Source of the DNA: Pseudomonadota bacterium
GTDB taxonomy: Bacteria > Pseudomonadota > Alphaproteobacteria > Caulobacterales > Caulobacteraceae
NCBI GenBank assembly: GCA_020161365.1
Contig: JAIUNU010000007.1
Location: 186,853 to 250,852, forward strand
Direction of reading: 5' to 3'
Length of the DNA stretch: 64,000 nucleotides
Shown here piece after piece: positions 60,626 through 64,000 of this stretch (position 1 is its first letter; each line of letters begins with the position of its first letter). A model generated the notes under the pieces. That model worked only from the letters and a program-made list of their open reading frames with translations. It was not told the origin of the DNA and ran no database searches. The position numbers were made by a program, and so were the translations under genes.

Positions 60626-62431
60626 TTAGGAGAACACCATCACCCCTTCGCCGGGCGACTCAGCAAACAGCCGCTCAAGCTCTTTCGGCCGCCGATCCCG
60701 CGCCAGGGCCTGGTTGATATAGCCCTTGTCCGTCAGCTCGCCGCTCGCCGCGTCGGGCGCGCCGTCCAGGATCAGGGCCCGAGCGATCCGTCCGCCGCCG
60801 CCCTTGGCCGCCGCGTTCATCCGCGACAGGCCCTCAACGATGGCCGCACGCACCGCATCAGGGGCGCCGAGCCGCTCGGCCGCCTTGGCGTCGACGAACA
60901 GCATCAGGCCGACGCCTTCCTGTCCCTCGCCGCAGACGACCGCGTCGGACACGACGCCGCCGATCGCCGACACCGCCGCCACCCGCAGGGCCCCGGCAGC
61001 CACGAAGGTGCCGCTGGCCAGCTTGAAGTTCTCGACCAGGCGTCCGTCGAACACCAGCCCCGCCGCCGCATCCTCCGGATCGGCCAGCCTCGCCGCGTCG
61101 CCCAGGCGGTAGAAGCCCTCTTCGTCAAAGGCCTGGGCCGTGGCCTCGGGCTGGTCGAGATAACCGGGCGAGACCTGCGGGCCCTTCACGCGGATCTCGA
61201 ACTTGCCGCCGTCGCCGGCCGGAACCAGCTTCACCGCCGTACCGGGCGTGGGCAGACCGACCATCCCGGAGCGCGCATTCAGCCAGTGGATGTTGCAGGC
61301 CGTCGGCCCCGTCTCGGTCGCGCCATAGCCGGCGGCGAAGGTGATCCGTTCGCCCACCGTCCGCACCGCGACGGCCTGGACGCGATCGAGGATCGACTGG
61401 GCCATCGAGGCTCCGCCGTACTGCAGAACCCGCACCTTTTCGAAGAACTTCGCGGCGAGGGCCGGGTCACGCTCCAGCTCGCCGACGAACATGCCCCAAC
61501 CGGCCGGGACCATGTTGTGATAGGTCGTGGCCACCTCCGACAGGTTCCGGACGGTCTCGGCGAAGCGCCCGGGCACGGGCTGGCCGGCGTCGATGTAGAG
61601 CGTCCCGCCCCGGTGCAGCACCATGTGCAGGATGGCGTTGGCGCCCAGGCTGTGGCTCCAGGGCGCGGAATTGACCAGCACCGGCGGTTCGGGGTCGGCG
61701 TAGCACGCCTCGATCTGCGCCGCGTTCAGCGCGATGTTGGCGTGGGTGCACACCACCGCTTTCGGCTTCCCGGTCGAGCCGGACGTCAATAACAGCTTGG
61801 CCACGTCGTCCGGCTGGGCCGTTGGCGGCAGCGGCGAGCTCTTCAACAAGGCTTCAAAGGCGACGTCGCCCGGCCGCGCATTGCGACTGACCACGACCGG
61901 CAATCCGGCCAGGAACGGCGCGGCTAGGGCGTCGCTGAACGCCTCGGCGTCGTCGGCGTAGACGGCGGCGGGCTTCAGCCGCTCAACGGCGTGTTGCAGC
62001 CGGGTGAGATCCGCGCCCTTAAGGCCGTATTGCGGCGACACCGGCGCGGCGGGCGCGCCCAGGCTCATGGCGGCGTAGGCGATCAGGGCGTGGTCGATGC
62101 CGTTGCGCGCCAGGATCAGCAACGGCTGACCTCGGTGCAGGCCCAGCGCGGCCAGCCCGCCCGCCAGCGCCTCGACCCGAGACCTCGCCTGCGCATAGGT
62201 CACGGTGCGCCAGCCCTCGCCGTCGCGTTCAGCCAGCCAGATCCGGTCCGGCGCCTCGGCCGCCCAGCGCGCCAGCGGCGCGGTCGTGGTCCGCACAGCA
62301 TCGGAATAGGGCATGGGATTGCGCAGGATCAGCGTCTCGCCCCCCTCGCCCTGGGATCGCTCGACCTCCAGCGCGCGGGGCGCGTAGCGAGCATCGCGGA
62401 AGGGGGCTGTGTTCAGGGTCGATCCGTCCAT
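60626..62431 (-). CDS. fcs: Feruloyl-CoA synthetase-like acyl-CoA ligase
   Basis: LLTSGSTGKPK, PWSH, GYGATETGP, FDEEGFYRLGDA, GRLVENFKLASGTFV, LTDKGYINQ. Confidence 0.85.
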   Translation of the reverse strand: MDGSTLNTAPFRDARYAPRALEVERSQGEGGETLILRNPMPYSDAVRTTTAPLARWAAEAPDRIWLAERDGEGWRTVTYAQARSRVEALAGGLAALGLHRGQPLLILARNGIDHALIAYAAMSLGAPAAPVSPQYGLKGADLTRLQHAVERLKPAAVYADDAEAFSDALAAPFLAGLPVVVSRNARPGDVAFEALLKSSPLPPTAQPDDVAKLLLTSGSTGKPKAVVCTHANIALNAAQIEACYADPEPPVLVNSAPWSHSLGANAILHMVLHRGGTLYIDAGQPVPGRFAETVRNLSEVATTYHNMVPAGWGMFVGELERDPALAAKFFEKVRVLQYGGASMAQSILDRVQAVAVRTVGERITFAAGYGATETGPTACNIHWLNARSGMVGLPTPGTAVKLVPAGDGGKFEIRVKGPQVSPGYLDQPEATAQAFDEEGFYRLGDAARLADPEDAAAGLVFDGRLVENFKLASGTFVAAGALRVAAVSAIGGVVSDAVVCGEGQEGVGLMLFVDAKAAERLGAPDAVRAAIVEGLSRMNAAAKGGGGRIARALILDGAPDAASGELTDKGYINQALARDRRPKELERLFAESPGEGVMVFS

Positions 62432-62585
62432 GACCTGTTATGTCGCGGGTCATAACGCTGTTCAATCGGCCGGGCGTAATCGCGCCCCTCTCGACATTTT
62501 TTTACGGCCGCTGTCGAATCCTGCGGACCCGGTGCGTCTCTGGGGTCGAGGCGCTGCGATGGTCGCGCGCCGACGGGAGAAGACC

Positions 62586-62936
62586 ATGCAATACGCCCTG
62601 CTGCTGTACGAGAACGAAGCGGTCTACGCCGAAGAGGGCGCGACCAGCCTGGAGGCGATCATCGCGGCCCATGGCGCTCTGGCGGCCGAACTGGCCCAGC
62701 AGGGCGTGCTGCGCGGCGGCCAGGGTCTGAAGTCGTCAGACACCGCCACCACCCTGCGCAAGGCGCGCGGCGTCGACACCCTGCACGACGGCCCCTACGC
62801 CGAGGCGCGTGAGCAGTTGGGCGGCTTCTACGTGATCGAGGTTCCGGATCTCGACGCGGCCCTGGCCATCGCCAAGCGCATCCCCTTCGCCGGCGACGGC
62901 GCGGTCGAGGTGCGCCCGATCATCGACGAAGATTGA
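62586..62936 (+). CDS. YciI/DGPF family protein
   Basis: MQYALLLY, DGPYAEAREQLGGFYVI, VEVRP. Confidence 0.9.
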   Translation: MQYALLLYENEAVYAEEGATSLEAIIAAHGALAAELAQQGVLRGGQGLKSSDTATTLRKARGVDTLHDGPYAEAREQLGGFYVIEVPDLDAALAIAKRIPFAGDGAVEVRPIIDED

Positions 62937-64000
62937 GCCTGCTCGACCAGACGGCGCGGCGGGACGGCGGCAGGATCGTCGCCGCCCTGGCCGCCGCCTT
63001 CCGCGACCTCGACCTAGCTGAAGAGGCCTATGCCGAGGCCTGCGCACGGGCGGCGGCGGTGTGGCCCGCCGCGCCGCCGCTGGACCCGGCCGCCTGGCTC
63101 TACGCCGTCGCCCGTCGCTATGCGCTGGATATGATCCGTAGACGGAATATGCGTCGCGCCAACGCTGTTGAACCGCCCGCGCCGCCCCCCACGGCCGAGG
63201 ACATCCTGACCGCCGACGACCGCCTGATCCCCGACGAGCGGTTGCGATTGATCTTCGTCTGCTGCCACCCGTCGGTCGCGCCGGAGGCGCGCGCCGCCCT
63301 GACCCTGCGCCTGGTCTGCGGCCTCTCGGTCGCCGAGATCGCCCGCGCCTTCCTGGTCGCCGAACCGGCCATGTTCCAGCGCCTGACCCGCGCCAAGAGG
63401 AAGATCGCGCAGGCGGGCGTATCGTTCGAGGTCCCGGGTCCGGAGGCCTGGCCCGGCCGGATGGCGGCGGTGCTATCGACCCTGGAAGTGGCCTACGCCC
63501 GCGCCCACGAAGACGCCGCCGGCTCAGGGCCGCACGCCGGCTACGCCCGCGAGATGCTGGACCTGACCGCCGTGCTCACGGGCCTGGCCCCCGACGATCC
63601 GGAGGCCCTGGCGTTCGCCGCCCTCGTCCGCTTCGCCGAGGCGCGGCGTCCGGCTCGGCTGGACCCGGACGGGGCCATGATCCCTCTGGCCGAGCAGGAC
63701 CCGAAACTTTGGAACCGCGCCCTGATTGCCGAGGGCGAAGCCCTCCTGCGCCGCGCCGCGCGGCTGAACCGTCCGGGCCCGCGCCAGTTGCGGGGCGCCC
63801 TGCATGGGGCCTGGGCGCTGCGAAGGTCCCTTGCGGAGCCGCCGCCGTGGGCGACCCTGCTGGCGCTGTATGACCTGTTGCTTCAAGAGGGCGACGATCC
63901 GTTCGTCCGTCTCAACCGCGCCGTCGCGCTGGCGGAGCTCGCCGGGCCGGCGGCCGCCCTCGCCGAGGTCGAGGCGCTGGACGCCGACCGGTTTGAGCGT
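62933..64000 (+). CDS. ECF sigma factor with a TPR-like C-terminal extension (ECF42-type); 3' end runs off the window
   Basis: Not in the ORF track. The TTG start overlaps the YciI stop. RDLDLAEEA, PAAWLYAVARR, DERLRLIFVCCHP, ALTLRLVCGLSVAEIARAFLV, QRLTRAKRKI, DPFVRLNRAVA. Confidence 0.88.
   Translation, partial: MSLLDQTARRDGGRIVAALAAAFRDLDLAEEAYAEACARAAAVWPAAPPLDPAAWLYAVARRYALDMIRRRNMRRANAVEPPAPPPTAEDILTADDRLIPDERLRLIFVCCHPSVAPEARAALTLRLVCGLSVAEIARAFLVAEPAMFQRLTRAKRKIAQAGVSFEVPGPEAWPGRMAAVLSTLEVAYARAHEDAAGSGPHAGYAREMLDLTAVLTGLAPDDPEALAFAALVRFAEARRPARLDPDGAMIPLAEQDPKLWNRALIAEGEALLRRAARLNRPGPRQLRGALHGAWALRRSLAEPPPWATLLALYDLLLQEGDDPFVRLNRAVALAELAGPAAALAEVEALDADRFER

Overview
This is a high-GC alphaproteobacterial chromosome segment. 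Gene content, order and sequence style point to Caulobacter (C. vibrioides/crescentus-like); that assignment comes from recall, not a database search. It is mostly core genome: lpdA, an MCP, xerC, priA, an ornithine decarboxylase plus deoxyhypusine-synthase-like pair, phnCDE, the ATP synthase F0 operon (atpI-B-E-F'-F), smc, two DsbA-like genes, dciA, mutY, ccrM with its CtrA/GANTC promoter, rnhB, tag, ygfZ and pyrC. Many hydrolases, acyl-CoA enzymes and hypothetical genes are interspersed. Two edge-truncated genes missing from the ORF track were recovered by hand: a VirJ/AcvB-like hydrolase (1-385, minus) and an ECF42-type sigma factor (62933 to the window end). I found no rRNA, tRNA, CRISPR array, transposase or prophage. 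The most interesting observations are: (1) a lower-GC single-gene insert between the CorC gene and atpF, bracketed by two 27-bp imperfect direct repeats of a GTCCG..ACCC..CGGA.GTT type, which suggests a solo gene cassette, with a possible degenerate relative at about 43.1 kb; (2) a 17-codon, probably leaderless uORF in the leader of the ornithine decarboxylase / DHS-like polyamine module; (3) a secreted protein built from five 4-Cys repeats; (4) a two-conformer RNA leader ahead of a DUF6481 gene; (5) two divergent genes whose start codons overlap in one CATG; (6) several palindromic intergenic repeats that supply stop codons or C-terminal tails to neighbouring genes.
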